A DNA stretch of 64,000 nt from Candidatus Latescibacterota bacterium (GTDB lineage Bacteria; Latescibacterota; UBA2968; GCA-2709665): positions 64,001-128,000 of the forward strand of contig CAXXXF010000004.1 of NCBI GenBank assembly GCA_963667175.2, read 5' to 3'. Under the pieces are notes generated by a model, which had not been told where the DNA came from, ran no database searches, and was given only the letters and a program-made list of their open reading frames with translations. Each line of letters begins with the position of its first letter. Positions within the stretch are counted from its first letter, which is position 1. The translations under genes were made by a program, and so were the position numbers. Positions 28,946 to 41,994 of this stretch are shown here, in pieces.

Positions 28946-30310
28946 ATGGCAATCGAAAACATGCTGCAAGACCCGAACTATCGCCCGCCGATGGCGGAAG
29001 CTGTGCCGCTCGGCATCCAGCATGTGCTCGCGATGTTTGCGGGCAACGTCACCGTCCCGCTTCTTGTCGCCCTGGCGGCCGGACCGGAGTACATCGCGGT
29101 GCTGGTGCAGATTGCCCTGCTCGCCGCGGGCGTCGCCACCCTGATCCAGACCATCGGAATCGGTCCGGTGGGATCCCGCCTGCCCGTCGTCCAGGGGACC
29201 AGCTTCGCCTACGTCGGCATTCTGACTGCCGCCATCAAGAGCGGCGCCAACATGGCCGCGGTGTTCGGCGCCTCTCTGGTCGGCGGCCTGACCCAGATGG
29301 TCCTCGGCTACTTCATCCCGCAGGTTCGGAAGTTCATCCCCGCGCTCGTGTCCGGCGTGGTGGTGATGACCATCGGCTTCACCCTGTTGCCGGTGGGCAT
29401 CAAGTACGCTGCGGGGTGCGGCGCCTACCCCGCTCCCTTCTGCGAGCAGGCAGGCTTCGGGAGCGCCGCGAACTGGGCGATGGCCCTGTTCGTGATCATC
29501 ATCACTCTGCTCATCCGCCGCTACGGCCGCGGTGTGTGGTCGAGCGCCTCGATCTTCATCGGGCTGGTGATCGGTTATCTGCTCGCCATTCCCTTCGGCA
29601 TGGTGGACGGGAAGAAGGCGGCCGCGATCGCAGAGGCGGCGTGGGTCGGATTGCCCGACACGTGGTTCGAGCTCGAGTTCACGTCCACTGCCGCGATCAG
29701 CCTCATCGGCCTGATGATCATCATGGCTTTCATTACCACGATCGAGACCGTGGGCGACATCTCGGGCATCACGATGGGCGGCGCCAACCGAGAGCCGACC
29801 GACCGGGAGCTGAAGGGCGGCATCATGGCGGACGGACTCGGCTCCGCGGTGGTGGCGCTGTTCGGCGGGCTGCCGAATACGTCGTACAGCCAGAACGTCG
29901 GCCTCGTCTCCTTCACCAGGGTCATGAGCCGGTACGTGGTCACCGTGGGCGCGGTCTTCCTCATCCTGTGCGGCCTCGTCCCCAAGCTCGCGGCAGTCAT
30001 CGCGGCGCTGCCGCAACCGGTGCTGGGAGGGGCGGCGGTGGTCATATTCGGCCTGATCGTGGCGGCCGGCCTGAAGCTGGTGGCGCAGTCCGGGCTGAAC
30101 ACCCGCAACATGCTCATCGCCGCCATCTCGCTCGGGCTCGGAATGGGGCTGTGGCAGGTTGATCAGCTCGCGGGAGCGGCCGGGTTCGGTCCGCTGCCGG
30201 TGGACCTTCTTCCCGCCTGGTCCATCCCGCTCTTTCTTTCCGGAATCGTGGTCTCGGGAGTCACCGCAGCGATCCTCAATGCTCTGATGCCCGACGAGAT
30301 CGGAGGATAG
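28946..30310 (+). CDS. NCS2 xanthine/uracil permease
   Basis: GIQHVLAMF, ETVGD and signature YSQNVG motifs. Confidence 0.92.
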   Translation: MAIENMLQDPNYRPPMAEAVPLGIQHVLAMFAGNVTVPLLVALAAGPEYIAVLVQIALLAAGVATLIQTIGIGPVGSRLPVVQGTSFAYVGILTAAIKSGANMAAVFGASLVGGLTQMVLGYFIPQVRKFIPALVSGVVVMTIGFTLLPVGIKYAAGCGAYPAPFCEQAGFGSAANWAMALFVIIITLLIRRYGRGVWSSASIFIGLVIGYLLAIPFGMVDGKKAAAIAEAAWVGLPDTWFELEFTSTAAISLIGLMIIMAFITTIETVGDISGITMGGANREPTDRELKGGIMADGLGSAVVALFGGLPNTSYSQNVGLVSFTRVMSRYVVTVGAVFLILCGLVPKLAAVIAALPQPVLGGAAVVIFGLIVAAGLKLVAQSGLNTRNMLIAAISLGLGMGLWQVDQLAGAAGFGPLPVDLLPAWSIPLFLSGIVVSGVTAAILNALMPDEIGG

Positions 30311-30389
30311 GCCGGGCGGCGGGAAAGTCATCAGTAAAGGTTTCTGTTCTCCAAAGGGAAAATCCATCATGGATGAATCCAGAAGTCAC

Positions 30390-30672
30390 TGCTGTCCAAG
30401 AACCGTCGGATTTCCAGAGATAAGGTTCAAAAAATGGCTTCAATAGGCGATTTTGGACGGGTTTGACCCGGATAATGAAAACCAGGTTTGCCATCTTCTG
30501 CGCAATGCTGTCCAAGAACAAGGTGACGTTTCCAGCGGCCATAATTGTGTTGTTTCCGTCTCAATAAGCCCGTGAAATAAGCACTTTGTGAATCTCAGGC
30601 GATCTTGGTCGAGGGATGGCTTCGCGGAAGTGAACCAGATGCTGTCCAAGACAGAAACCGATTTTGGACAGG
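30390..30672. repeat. Three copies of TGCTGTCCAAGA alternating with near-complementary CGATYTTGGWCRR
   Basis: Forward motif at 30390, 30506 and 30640; counter motif at 30448, 30600 and 30659. Confidence 0.65.
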
Positions 30673-30709
30673 TGTGTCCAGAAGTAATACTGATCAGGAA
30701 AAATCAGAA

Positions 30710-31729
30710 ATGTCTTCCCGCGATCGAGACAGAACTCTGCCCCGCTGGGGCGATAGTGACTTACTGGCAAGACTATTGGATACTTCGATTGACGAACTGC
30801 TTGAACCAGTTGCTCACGCAGGAGACAAGGCTCAATGTTATTTCCAGTCCTTGCGCGAAGTTCACTTACTGATGAGAGAGAATTATCTCGAGAATATCTG
30901 TCAGGTCGGACGCAACATATTTCCACTCATTATTGCCAGTGATGATGAACCTGGATTTGAAGGGGTAGGAGGTAGCTATACCCTCTATCTGGAAGACGGA
31001 ACATCGGAACGAATCGTGCCCGTTTCTCGTCAATATGAAATGTATAAGTGCCTGTCCCATATACCTCTAGGCATTTTCACCATCATTGCGCCCTATTTCA
31101 AGAATCCACAATCACAGGAATGGATTGATCCTCTGCGGAGATTCCGGTCCAGGGTAGAGGCGGCTCAGCAAGCCCTTGATGATGCCAGCCTGGATACCAA
31201 GACCATCCATCACAATAGAGCAATGCTGACACTGGCAGCGGAATATCTATCCGACTGCCTTGCCAGGAAGAATGCCAATCACAATGACTTTATCACTTTT
31301 TCGGAGCAGATATTCCCCTTTATTGAAGCGTCCATGTTCAATGCGGCGCGCTTGCAGGTGCAGGACACGATCCCTGAATTATTGAAATGGAAACAGAAGC
31401 TGGGTGAAAAGTGGCGTGATCTATATGTCCTGATACCCACGATATGGCCGGTGGCGGGACGCAATCCCCGCCAGCAGATCTTCGAGAAAATCATGGATCA
31501 GGAGCGTATAAAAACCCATATTATCATGCTGGAAGGGGCAAGAAATAAGGATGAGGCGCTGACTGGCCTAGGCCGAATCGTCGTTGACAGAGCCGTTGCG
31601 CGGCTGGTATTTGGCACTCGCACTGAAACTTCCTGTTCAATGGTATGCGCTCTTTCAACTCCCAGAGATATCGTATCCGATGCTTGTGACGCTGCTTTGA
31701 AGGAAATTGAAGATCTGATTCCAGATTGA
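30710..31729 (+). CDS. Hypothetical alpha-helical protein
   Basis: Long ORF with lower GC; AGGA before ATG 30710; no family recognised. Confidence 0.65.
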   Translation: MSSRDRDRTLPRWGDSDLLARLLDTSIDELLEPVAHAGDKAQCYFQSLREVHLLMRENYLENICQVGRNIFPLIIASDDEPGFEGVGGSYTLYLEDGTSERIVPVSRQYEMYKCLSHIPLGIFTIIAPYFKNPQSQEWIDPLRRFRSRVEAAQQALDDASLDTKTIHHNRAMLTLAAEYLSDCLARKNANHNDFITFSEQIFPFIEASMFNAARLQVQDTIPELLKWKQKLGEKWRDLYVLIPTIWPVAGRNPRQQIFEKIMDQERIKTHIIMLEGARNKDEALTGLGRIVVDRAVARLVFGTRTETSCSMVCALSTPRDIVSDACDAALKEIEDLIPD

Positions 31730-31910
31730 TTTAAGCGGACATGAATTCTAAGGGGCCTTGACAAGAGGGCCCAAAAGGGGCCTCATTGTCCATCTGCGGA
31801 TAAACATTAGCAGTCGTGCAAATTGGCTTTTAAAGAAGCTTTTTTCTTATTATCTTATTATACAAACACATAAGCCAATTCAGAAGTCAAAATAACAGCA
31901 GAACGGGAGC

Positions 31911-33935
31911 ATGTTCTACCAGACAGACCCCGTTAACTCAAATGTACCAGGAACATATACCATGTTGAGATTTGCTGAAGAAATACTGCTGCTGCTTCAC
32001 AGCGAAGATCGGGGCGAACTCGCGCCCGTTCTTCCACCACACTCGTTAAATATCATTCTCGCCGGTGCTGTGTTGATGGATTTGGCCCTCGAAAACCGCA
32101 TCGACACCGATCTCGATCATCTCTTTTTGGTTGATGCTGCGCCTCTTGAAGAAGATCTGCTTGACCCCACCCTGGCCGACATCGCGCGCGATACGGGCAC
32201 ACGAGACGCCAGCTATTGGGTCGCACAAACGGCCAAACGGGGCGACGAAATCCGCGATAGGGCATTTGCGCGGTTGGTCAATCGCGGCATCTTCAAAATT
32301 GAATCGGAAGGAGTTTTCTTCCTTTCGCCCCGGGTGTCGCGCTCTCGCCGCTATCCAACCATCGATGGACAGACCGTGGAAGAGGTCCAGCTGCGCATAA
32401 TGCGCGTACTTTTCTCCGATGAAATTCCTGACCCGCACGATATTGTTATTATCTGTCTGGCAGATGCCTGCGGCGTCTTTAAGGTTATTCTGTCCAAGTC
32501 GGAGCTCGCTGAGGTGCAGGATCGGATCGAACTGATTCGAAAAATGGACCTGATCGGACAATCGGTCACCAGGGCGATCCGCGAGTTTGAGATTCCTGCC
32601 CCGATTCCGCTCCCGCGCAAAGATATACCACATGCGCCGGGATTGCGTTTTATTGGCAACACCATCGGGATGTTGCGCAATCTACGCTCTTTTCTCGTCG
32701 AGCAATACCGCAACTTGGGACCACTTTTTCGCATCCAGGCATTCAATCGCCGCTTCATCGTCCTCGCAGGGCCAGAGGCGAATGCCTTCGCGAAGCAGGG
32801 AAGCGTGTATTTTCGCACGCTTGAGACCTGGGTGGATTACAATAGAGCGGTGGGCGCCGGGCGCCTCGTGGCCAGCATGGATGGTCCTGAGCATGTTCGC
32901 CTGCGTAAGGAGGTGAGTTTTGGCTATTCGCACAACTTGATGGAAGGGCGCGTGGATGAAGCCATCCGCGTGATTCGGAGGGAGGTCGCCGGATGGCCGC
33001 AGAACAAGCCGCTGCCGGGGCTGCCCGTCTGGCAGCACATCGTTGTGGAGCAACTCGGTGTGCTGTCCACCAGCATGTCGTTGCGGGAGTACATGGCGGA
33101 CATCATCATTTTCACGGAGAACATGCTCGCAACACACGTCGCCCGGATACAGCCCAGGTTGATGCTGTATCGGCCGCACGTCAAGCGCGCCATTAAGCGG
33201 ATGGATGAGCTGTCTCAGCGCATTGTGGTGGCGCACGAGCCGGAAAAACGTCTCGATAAGCCAACGGACGCGGTCGATCATCTGATGGAGTTGCACCGCA
33301 GAGATCCACGGTTTATGCCCGCGACCGACCTGCATGAACAGGTGCTGGGCCCCTTCGTGGCAGGTATCGATACTGCGGCAGCTGTCTGTTCCTTCATGTT
33401 CTACGAGTTGTTGCGGCAACCTGATCTGCGCGCCCAGGTTATTGCCGAGGCAGATGCTCTGTTTGCCGGGGGGATCCCCACGATGGGGGCTTTGCGCGAA
33501 CTCGACGTCATCCACCGAGCCGCGATGGAGACGATGCGTCTCCATCCTTTGAGTCCTGCACTAACTCCACGAAGGGTATGCAATCCCTTCGAGTTCGCGG
33601 GCTATCAGATTCCAGCCGGCGAGGAGGTTCTGCTTGCGTACACGATGCCGCTCCTGATGCCGGAGTATTTTCCCGATCCGCAACGCTTCGACATTGACCG
33701 GTACACGCCAGAACGCGCAGAGCATCGCCAGGCGGGGGTATACGTTCCCTTCGGCGTCGGGACTCATAGTTGCCTGGGTGGCCGTCTCGCCGAGGCGCTC
33801 ATCGCGCTCAACATGGCGATTATCTTTCGCGAAGCCGAGTTTTCTCTCGATCCGCCCGATTGCAAATTGAAGACCAGGCAAAAGCTGACCCTGCAACCGT
33901 CGTTCAAGTTTCGCGTGACGGGTCGGCGGCAATAG
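31911..33935 (+). CDS. GPP34/GOLPH3-like domain fused to cytochrome P450
   Basis: N-terminal AEEILLLL...LAGAVLMDLALENRI. P450 motifs AGIDT, ETMR, FDIDRY and FGVGTHSCLG. Alternative start at 31962. Confidence 0.88.
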   Translation: MFYQTDPVNSNVPGTYTMLRFAEEILLLLHSEDRGELAPVLPPHSLNIILAGAVLMDLALENRIDTDLDHLFLVDAAPLEEDLLDPTLADIARDTGTRDASYWVAQTAKRGDEIRDRAFARLVNRGIFKIESEGVFFLSPRVSRSRRYPTIDGQTVEEVQLRIMRVLFSDEIPDPHDIVIICLADACGVFKVILSKSELAEVQDRIELIRKMDLIGQSVTRAIREFEIPAPIPLPRKDIPHAPGLRFIGNTIGMLRNLRSFLVEQYRNLGPLFRIQAFNRRFIVLAGPEANAFAKQGSVYFRTLETWVDYNRAVGAGRLVASMDGPEHVRLRKEVSFGYSHNLMEGRVDEAIRVIRREVAGWPQNKPLPGLPVWQHIVVEQLGVLSTSMSLREYMADIIIFTENMLATHVARIQPRLMLYRPHVKRAIKRMDELSQRIVVAHEPEKRLDKPTDAVDHLMELHRRDPRFMPATDLHEQVLGPFVAGIDTAAAVCSFMFYELLRQPDLRAQVIAEADALFAGGIPTMGALRELDVIHRAAMETMRLHPLSPALTPRRVCNPFEFAGYQIPAGEEVLLAYTMPLLMPEYFPDPQRFDIDRYTPERAEHRQAGVYVPFGVGTHSCLGGRLAEALIALNMAIIFREAEFSLDPPDCKLKTRQKLTLQPSFKFRVTGRRQ

Positions 33936-33984
33936 CAGATGATTCCAGATGGCCTTTGCAGGTTCTGAGGGCGGAGATGAAAAT

Positions 33985-34227
33985 TCAGCCCCGTGCAATG
34001 ATCGCTTCGTTGATGGCCTCGACAACCTGGCCTACAAATCCTCCATCCTTTGAGGTTAAAACATCAATCTCTCCACCCGCCGTTCCGAAGAGAAGCACAT
34101 AGTCATGGTGCATGAGAGGAATATAGATACCCCTGTACGCAAGAAAGCCAAAGACCGCCATGCCGGTGAGCGCGCCAACAGTTTCCCCCAAGAGTGCAAC
34201 CACGACAAGCATGGCAACTAAGGCCAA
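33985..34227 (-). pseudogene. DUF6232-like membrane protein, C-terminal fragment
   Basis: Two TM helices then TAGGEIDVLTSKD...VVEAINEAIIARG; the N-terminus appears to be missing. Confidence 0.5.
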
Positions 34228-34361
34228 AATAGCGGTACCAATATCGTCTTCAAGTTAACCGTTTTCAAGGCCCTGCACAACCACAAACAGTGCTGAATGC
34301 CGCAACCATCGTTCAAGTTCCGCCTGACGAGTCGTCGTCAATAGCATAATTGTGTGTCAAA

Positions 34362-35573
34362 ATGCCTCCTACGACACCACAAAGCAAACTTCCTCGCTAT
34401 CATTCGCTGGACCGCCTGCGAGCAATCATGATGCTTCTGGGCTTGGTCCTGCACTCCGCGATCAACTACTTCCCCTTTCCAGACATTTATCTCGACCAAA
34501 TTTACCTGGATGCAAAGTCAAGTCCCTTTTTTGACTACCTGGTCAAGTTCATCCACAGTTTCAGGATGCCGGTCTTCTTTGTGATGGCCGGTTTTTTTGC
34601 GGCCTTTCTGTTCGATACCCGTGGGACAATGGGTTTTTTGCGCCACCGCTGGCAGCGCGTAGGCGTCCCACTCATCGGCGCCTGGATCGTCGTCTATCCG
34701 GTGACGGCCGCTTGCTCGATCTATGCAAATTCCCTGAGCACGGGCCCAACGCTCAGCGCACTGGCCACCGGAACCGTATCGCTTGAGCATGTGTTATCAA
34801 CCATCCTACTCCATCTTTGGTTTTTGTACTATCTCCTGATCTTCTGCGTCATCGCCGTTCTCATCGTGCCTCTGCTGCTGCGTCTTCCGGCGCGCGATCG
34901 CATACTGGACGCCTTTCAACATGCGACACCGCGCATCTATGGGCAAATTCCATGGGTCGCATTCACTGGCTTGGCGCTCTATCCGATGGAGCACTGGACG
35001 TTCGACCATGGCGCGTCTCTGATTCCGAACCCGCATCATCTCACGGCGTATGGGATATTTTTCGTCTATGGCTGGCTCGTCTATGAACGGCGAGCGATCA
35101 TTACGGGTTTCAAGCCACGCGCCTGGGGATATTTTGTCGCTGGACTCGGTTTTCACGGGTTGTATCTGTTCTTCTGGCATCAAGGGTATGGGGACGCGAC
35201 CGCCGTGCGTGCGCATGTCCTGGCGATGGCTTGCATCGCTTTGTCGATATGGTGTTTGATATATGGGTTCATCGGTTTATTCCTGCGTTATATGGAAAGG
35301 CCGAGCCCCTGCTGGCGCTACACCTCTGACGCTTCGTACTGGATATACATCATCCATTTGCCAATAACCATCGTATTGCCACCGCTTTTCGCAAACTTTC
35401 CCCTTCCGTCCGGCGTCAAATTCAGTCTCGTGCTCCTGGCCACAACGGCAATCACGCTGGTAACCTACCATTACTTGGTGCGTGGGACCTTTATCGGCGA
35501 AAGGCTCAACGGTCGGCGCTATCCGAGGGTCGCGCCGTGGCGAGAAGCCGCTACCACTGGGAGAGCATCATGA
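34362..35573 (+). CDS. Acyltransferase-3 family (OpgC/MdoC-like)
   Basis: LDRLRA, HSFRMPVFF, HLWFL and SYWIYIIH motifs. Confidence 0.9.
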   Translation: MPPTTPQSKLPRYHSLDRLRAIMMLLGLVLHSAINYFPFPDIYLDQIYLDAKSSPFFDYLVKFIHSFRMPVFFVMAGFFAAFLFDTRGTMGFLRHRWQRVGVPLIGAWIVVYPVTAACSIYANSLSTGPTLSALATGTVSLEHVLSTILLHLWFLYYLLIFCVIAVLIVPLLLRLPARDRILDAFQHATPRIYGQIPWVAFTGLALYPMEHWTFDHGASLIPNPHHLTAYGIFFVYGWLVYERRAIITGFKPRAWGYFVAGLGFHGLYLFFWHQGYGDATAVRAHVLAMACIALSIWCLIYGFIGLFLRYMERPSPCWRYTSDASYWIYIIHLPITIVLPPLFANFPLPSGVKFSLVLLATTAITLVTYHYLVRGTFIGERLNGRRYPRVAPWREAATTGRAS

Positions 35574-36853
35574 AGAGATGGAAGTTTCTGCTTGTCACAA
35601 TGGGGGCGCCGGGCGGGGATGTGAATCCGGTCATCGGACTCGCTCTGGAATTGGTCCGAAGAGGACATGGAATCACCATCGCCTCGAACGGTTCCCACCG
35701 GGAGAAAATACAACGCCTGGGGCTGGACTATCTCTGCCTTCGTCCTTCAATGGACCAGAATCAGTTGCAAACATGGATGGCGCGCGCGATCCAATCCAGT
35801 ATAGAGGGAAACAGATATATGGTGCGGGACCTGGTGCTCCCTCACGTAGAATGGAATTACCATGAGCTTGAAAAAGCCGTCCCTGATTACGACGTGTTGC
35901 TCTGCCACACATTAGCTTATTCTGTACCCCTTGTTGCGAAAAAACTGGGAAAGCCCTGGGTGTCGTTTGTCATATCGCCGTTAGTCTACCATGCCGAATA
36001 CGGACGCCGCCGGATTATCGGCAGGGGAGCCTCGCGGGATTTCTTGTGGCGGATTCCCCTCCCGGCTTTCGTAGCGAAGGCAATCGGATCGCTGGGAAAG
36101 AAGATCGTCGATCCCTGGGTAGCGCCTCTAAAGAAGCTTCGGGAATCACTGGACCTGCCGGACCTGGGAGACGTTCATATTCTGGAGGAAAGCCAAAACT
36201 CTCCTTATTTGAATCTTGCGTTCTTTTCCGGTCTCTTTGCCCCCGCAAGAGAGGGCTGGCCCCAACCCATGTGCCAGACTGGCTTTGTATTTCACCAGCA
36301 GGAAGGGGAATCCCTGTCGAGAGAAACTCGAGAATTCCTCGACAAAGGGGATCCGCCTCTGTTATTCTCACTCGGGACCTCTGGAAGCGGCACCGAGGGG
36401 CGGCGATTCTGCGAAGTCGCAGCAGAAGCCTCTTTGCTTATGGACAAGAGGGCCATCCTCGTCACAGGAGGCAATACCGAAATTGTCCAGCACATACCAC
36501 GGGACGATCGTTTGCTTCCCATCGCTTACGAGCCTTTTTCTCAATTAGTCCCTCAGGTCAGGACACTCGTACATATTGGGGGAGTAGGCACCATTGCCTA
36601 CGGTCTGCACGGAGGCAAACCCCAGGTGTTGGTTCCCTTTACTTACGAACAATGCGACAATGCCCTGCGGTTGCAGGATTTAGGCGTCTCGACGACAATA
36701 CCGATAGCCAGGCTCAACAGCTCGATACTCTGTCGCAAGATCGATCAGGTGGAGGAAAGTGCCTACCGAGAACGCGCGTTGGATATTCAGAGACAGATAG
36801 AAAGGGAAAACGGTGTGGAAGTAGCGGCAGATCAACTGGAGGCTTTACTCTAA
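35570..36853 (+). CDS. GT1 family glycosyltransferase
   Basis: GAPGGDVNP, HIGGVGT and PFTYEQCDNA motifs; ATGA overlap with the acyltransferase. Confidence 0.88.
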   Translation: MKRWKFLLVTMGAPGGDVNPVIGLALELVRRGHGITIASNGSHREKIQRLGLDYLCLRPSMDQNQLQTWMARAIQSSIEGNRYMVRDLVLPHVEWNYHELEKAVPDYDVLLCHTLAYSVPLVAKKLGKPWVSFVISPLVYHAEYGRRRIIGRGASRDFLWRIPLPAFVAKAIGSLGKKIVDPWVAPLKKLRESLDLPDLGDVHILEESQNSPYLNLAFFSGLFAPAREGWPQPMCQTGFVFHQQEGESLSRETREFLDKGDPPLLFSLGTSGSGTEGRRFCEVAAEASLLMDKRAILVTGGNTEIVQHIPRDDRLLPIAYEPFSQLVPQVRTLVHIGGVGTIAYGLHGGKPQVLVPFTYEQCDNALRLQDLGVSTTIPIARLNSSILCRKIDQVEESAYRERALDIQRQIERENGVEVAADQLEALL

Positions 36854-37001
36854 ACGACCTTTCAGCTCTGAACCCTCGCGTTCACCATCACCTCAATCAC
36901 TGCCGGATGTGCCGTAAGGCGCACGTCCATCGGTAGCGCCGTCGGGCTTTCCGTCGATATTGGATGCCCGTATTCCCACCTCGCGCTTCCGCTGATTCCA
37001 G

Positions 37002-37116
37002 GCCTCTTGAAGACGACCTGCTCAGTCCCACCCTGGCCGCGACGTCGCGCGATACGCACACGCGAAACACCAACTGTTGGCTCGCGCAATCGGCCAAACG
37101 GGCCGACGAAAACCGC
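37002..37116 (+). pseudogene. Degenerate fragment of a GPP34 domain
   Basis: Translates PLEDDLLSPTLAATSRDTHTRNTNCWLAQSAKRADENR, versus PLEEDLLDPTLADIARDTGTRDASYWVAQTAKRGDEIR at 32141-32255. Confidence 0.75.
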
Positions 37117-37313
37117 TTATATAGAATATTATGATGCGTCGAATTTTATCAATGAAATTTACATTGAAATAGTCCAGGTTTTCAGGTTTTCCTGCCATCG
37201 GCCTTATTCCTTCGCATCCTGTCAATCCATGTCAGTTACGGTTTTGTGTATTTTTCAGGATATTTGCATCAATTTTGGCAGAAGTCACGCCTTAAATTTC
37301 CGAGGGAAAGTGC

Positions 37314-38453
37314 ATGGATATCCAAACCCGTCTCGTTCACGCCGGCGAGGACCACGTCGAGGGCGCCGTGGTGCTGCCGATCTTCCAGAGCTCGACCTTC
37401 GTCTCGCAAGGCGAGCAGGATTACGATGACATCCGCTATCTCCGCCTGAACAACACACCCAATCACCGCGCATTGCATGCCAAGCTGGCCGCTGCCTGCG
37501 GCGGTGAGGACGCCCTCGTCACCGGCTCCGGGATGGCCGCGATCACGACCGCGCTGATCGCCTTGCTCGACAACGGTGATCATTTGCTGATCCAGGACTG
37601 TCTCTACGGGGGCACGCACAGCTTCGTGACGCAGGATGCGCCGCGCCTGGGGATGGATTTCGACTTTATCGCCGGCAACGCGCCGGAGACGTGGGCGGAC
37701 AAGCTTCGTCCGGAGACCCGGGCGATTTACGTGGAGACCATGACCAACCCGCTATTGGAGATCGCCGATCTGGAGGCGGTCGTGGAATTCGCCCGGGAAT
37801 ACGGGCTGGTCTCCATGATCGACAATACGTTTGCCTCCCCGTGCAACTTCCGCCCGCTGGAAATCGGGTTCGATATCGAGCTGCACAGCGCGACCAAGTA
37901 CCTGAACGGTCACTCGGACCTCGTCGCGGGCGCAATCGCAGCGTCCTCGGCGCACGTTACGGCCATCAGGCACAAACTGAATCATCTGGGCGGTTCGCTG
38001 GACACGCACGCCTGCTTTCTGCTGCAGCGGGGCTTGAAGACACTGGCGCTCAGAATGCGCCAGCACGATGAGAACGGCCTTCGGCTGGCGCGCTTTTTGG
38101 CTGCGCAGGCGCAGGTGATCCGGGTGAATTATCCGGGGCTGGAGAGCCATCCGCAATACGAGCGGGCACAGCGGTTGTTTAGCGGGGCGGGCGGGGTGTT
38201 GAGCTTTGAACTGCGTGGAGGCGTGGCGTCGGCCGAGCGATTGCTGTCCAGGCTGACACTGCCGACAACGGCCCCGAGTCTCGGTGGCGTTGAAACCCTC
38301 ATTACGCGTCCTGCCGCCACCTCGCACAGCGGCATGAACCCGCAAGATCGAATGGAATTGGGCATAACCGATGGCCTGGTCCGGGTGGCCTGCGGCATCG
38401 AGGCCGCCGAGGATCTGTGCGCGGACTTCGCGAAGGCGTTCGCCGGAATGTAG
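37314..38453 (+). CDS. Cys/Met metabolism PLP enzyme (cystathionine gamma-lyase/synthase family)
   Basis: [25 protein letters not shown] and SLGGVETL motifs. Confidence 0.92.
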   Translation: MDIQTRLVHAGEDHVEGAVVLPIFQSSTFVSQGEQDYDDIRYLRLNNTPNHRALHAKLAAACGGEDALVTGSGMAAITTALIALLDNGDHLLIQDCLYGGTHSFVTQDAPRLGMDFDFIAGNAPETWADKLRPETRAIYVETMTNPLLEIADLEAVVEFAREYGLVSMIDNTFASPCNFRPLEIGFDIELHSATKYLNGHSDLVAGAIAASSAHVTAIRHKLNHLGGSLDTHACFLLQRGLKTLALRMRQHDENGLRLARFLAAQAQVIRVNYPGLESHPQYERAQRLFSGAGGVLSFELRGGVASAERLLSRLTLPTTAPSLGGVETLITRPAATSHSGMNPQDRMELGITDGLVRVACGIEAAEDLCADFAKAFAGM

Positions 38454-38543
38454 GATCAGTGCAATGTGTAGTCGGCAGATTGGGGGAAGATACCGGTACA
38501 GCGCAGTGCGCCGTCGCGTTAGCCAGATTCCCCTTGCCTGTGA

Positions 38544-40778
<2,235 letters not shown>

Positions 40779-40832
40779 TCGCGGCGGGCGCACCCACGCG
40801 CCGCCGAAACAGTAGTCGAAAAAGGGACCACG

Positions 40833-41306
40833 ATGGCAATTACACTTGAGGCAGGCGATGCCGCCCCGGATTTTGCGCTCCCGGACCAGGACGGAACCAT
40901 CCATTCGCTGGCCGGATACCGGGGCCGGACGGTCGTCCTCTACTTCTATCCGCGCGATAACACGCCGGGTTGTACGATTCAGGCCTGCTCTCTTCGGGAT
41001 CGTCACGCCGAAATCCTGGCCGAGGGCGCAGTTGTACTCGGCGTTTCGAGAGACGATGCCGATTCACACCGGGATTTCCGTGAACGCCAGCGTCTGCCGT
41101 TTCCCCTGCTGGTAGACGACGAAGCCGCCGTCGCCACACGCTTTGGCGCCTGGGGTGAAAGAGCCCTCTACGGCCGCCGGTTCGAAGGAATGACGCGGTC
41201 GACGTTCATCATCGGCCCGGATGGCATCCTGACCAGAGTCTGGAAACGTGCCCGGGCCGCCGGACATGGCGCGGCGGTGCTGAAGGCGCTGCGCGAGTCC
41301 GCCTAG
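40833..41306 (+). CDS. bcp: BCP/PrxQ peroxiredoxin
   Basis: FYPRDNTPGCTIQAC and RSTFII motifs. Confidence 0.9.
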   Translation: MAITLEAGDAAPDFALPDQDGTIHSLAGYRGRTVVLYFYPRDNTPGCTIQACSLRDRHAEILAEGAVVLGVSRDDADSHRDFRERQRLPFPLLVDDEAAVATRFGAWGERALYGRRFEGMTRSTFIIGPDGILTRVWKRARAAGHGAAVLKALRESA

Positions 41307-41396
41307 ACGCGAACTGAATTAGGGGTTGGGTGTCACGCAAACTTGACGACTGAATCGGGTTACTCCCATCGTGGGTGACAACCTCTGGAGGCCAGG

Positions 41397-41855
41397 GTGA
41401 TCAATCCTGCTGTTCAGGCGCAGATGCTCGTCCGGCGTCCGCGAGACGAAGTCTTCAACGCGTTCATCGATCCATGCATCACCACCCGATTCTGGTTCAC
41501 CAGGAGCAGCGGCCGGCTGGCGCCGGGCGCAAAGGTCACATGGGAATGGGAGATGTACGGCGTCTCCGCGGACGTCCAGGTGAAGGCGATCGAGCCGCCT
41601 GCCAGAATTCTCATCGAATGGGACGAGCCATCGACGACCGTCGAGTGGCAGTTCACTTCTCTGGGAGCGGAAGCGACCCTCGTTCAGATCACAAACACCG
41701 GATTCCAGGGGACCGAAGAGGAGATCGTTGGCATGGCACTCGACTCCATGGGCGGCTTCTCTCTCGTTCTCGCAGCGCTCAAGGCATGGTTGGAACACGG
41801 AATCGCCCTGGAACTGGTGGCCGATCGCAATCCGGAAGCCCACGTTTCTCATTAA
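41397..41855 (+). CDS. SRPBCC/AHSA1 family protein
   Basis: VFNAFIDP, FWFT and LKAWLEHG motifs; GGAGG RBS. Confidence 0.88.
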   Translation: MINPAVQAQMLVRRPRDEVFNAFIDPCITTRFWFTRSSGRLAPGAKVTWEWEMYGVSADVQVKAIEPPARILIEWDEPSTTVEWQFTSLGAEATLVQITNTGFQGTEEEIVGMALDSMGGFSLVLAALKAWLEHGIALELVADRNPEAHVSH

Positions 41856-41994
41856 CCGTACGACTTCGCCTCCCAGCGATCTTTCCGAATTAATGCCTCA
41901 CCATCCGGCCTCCAATTCATCCGGTCTCGCTGTGTTGTCATCACGGAAGAAGACGCGAATGCGACGCCCTCAATCTGCCAGCGAGGAGAACGCA

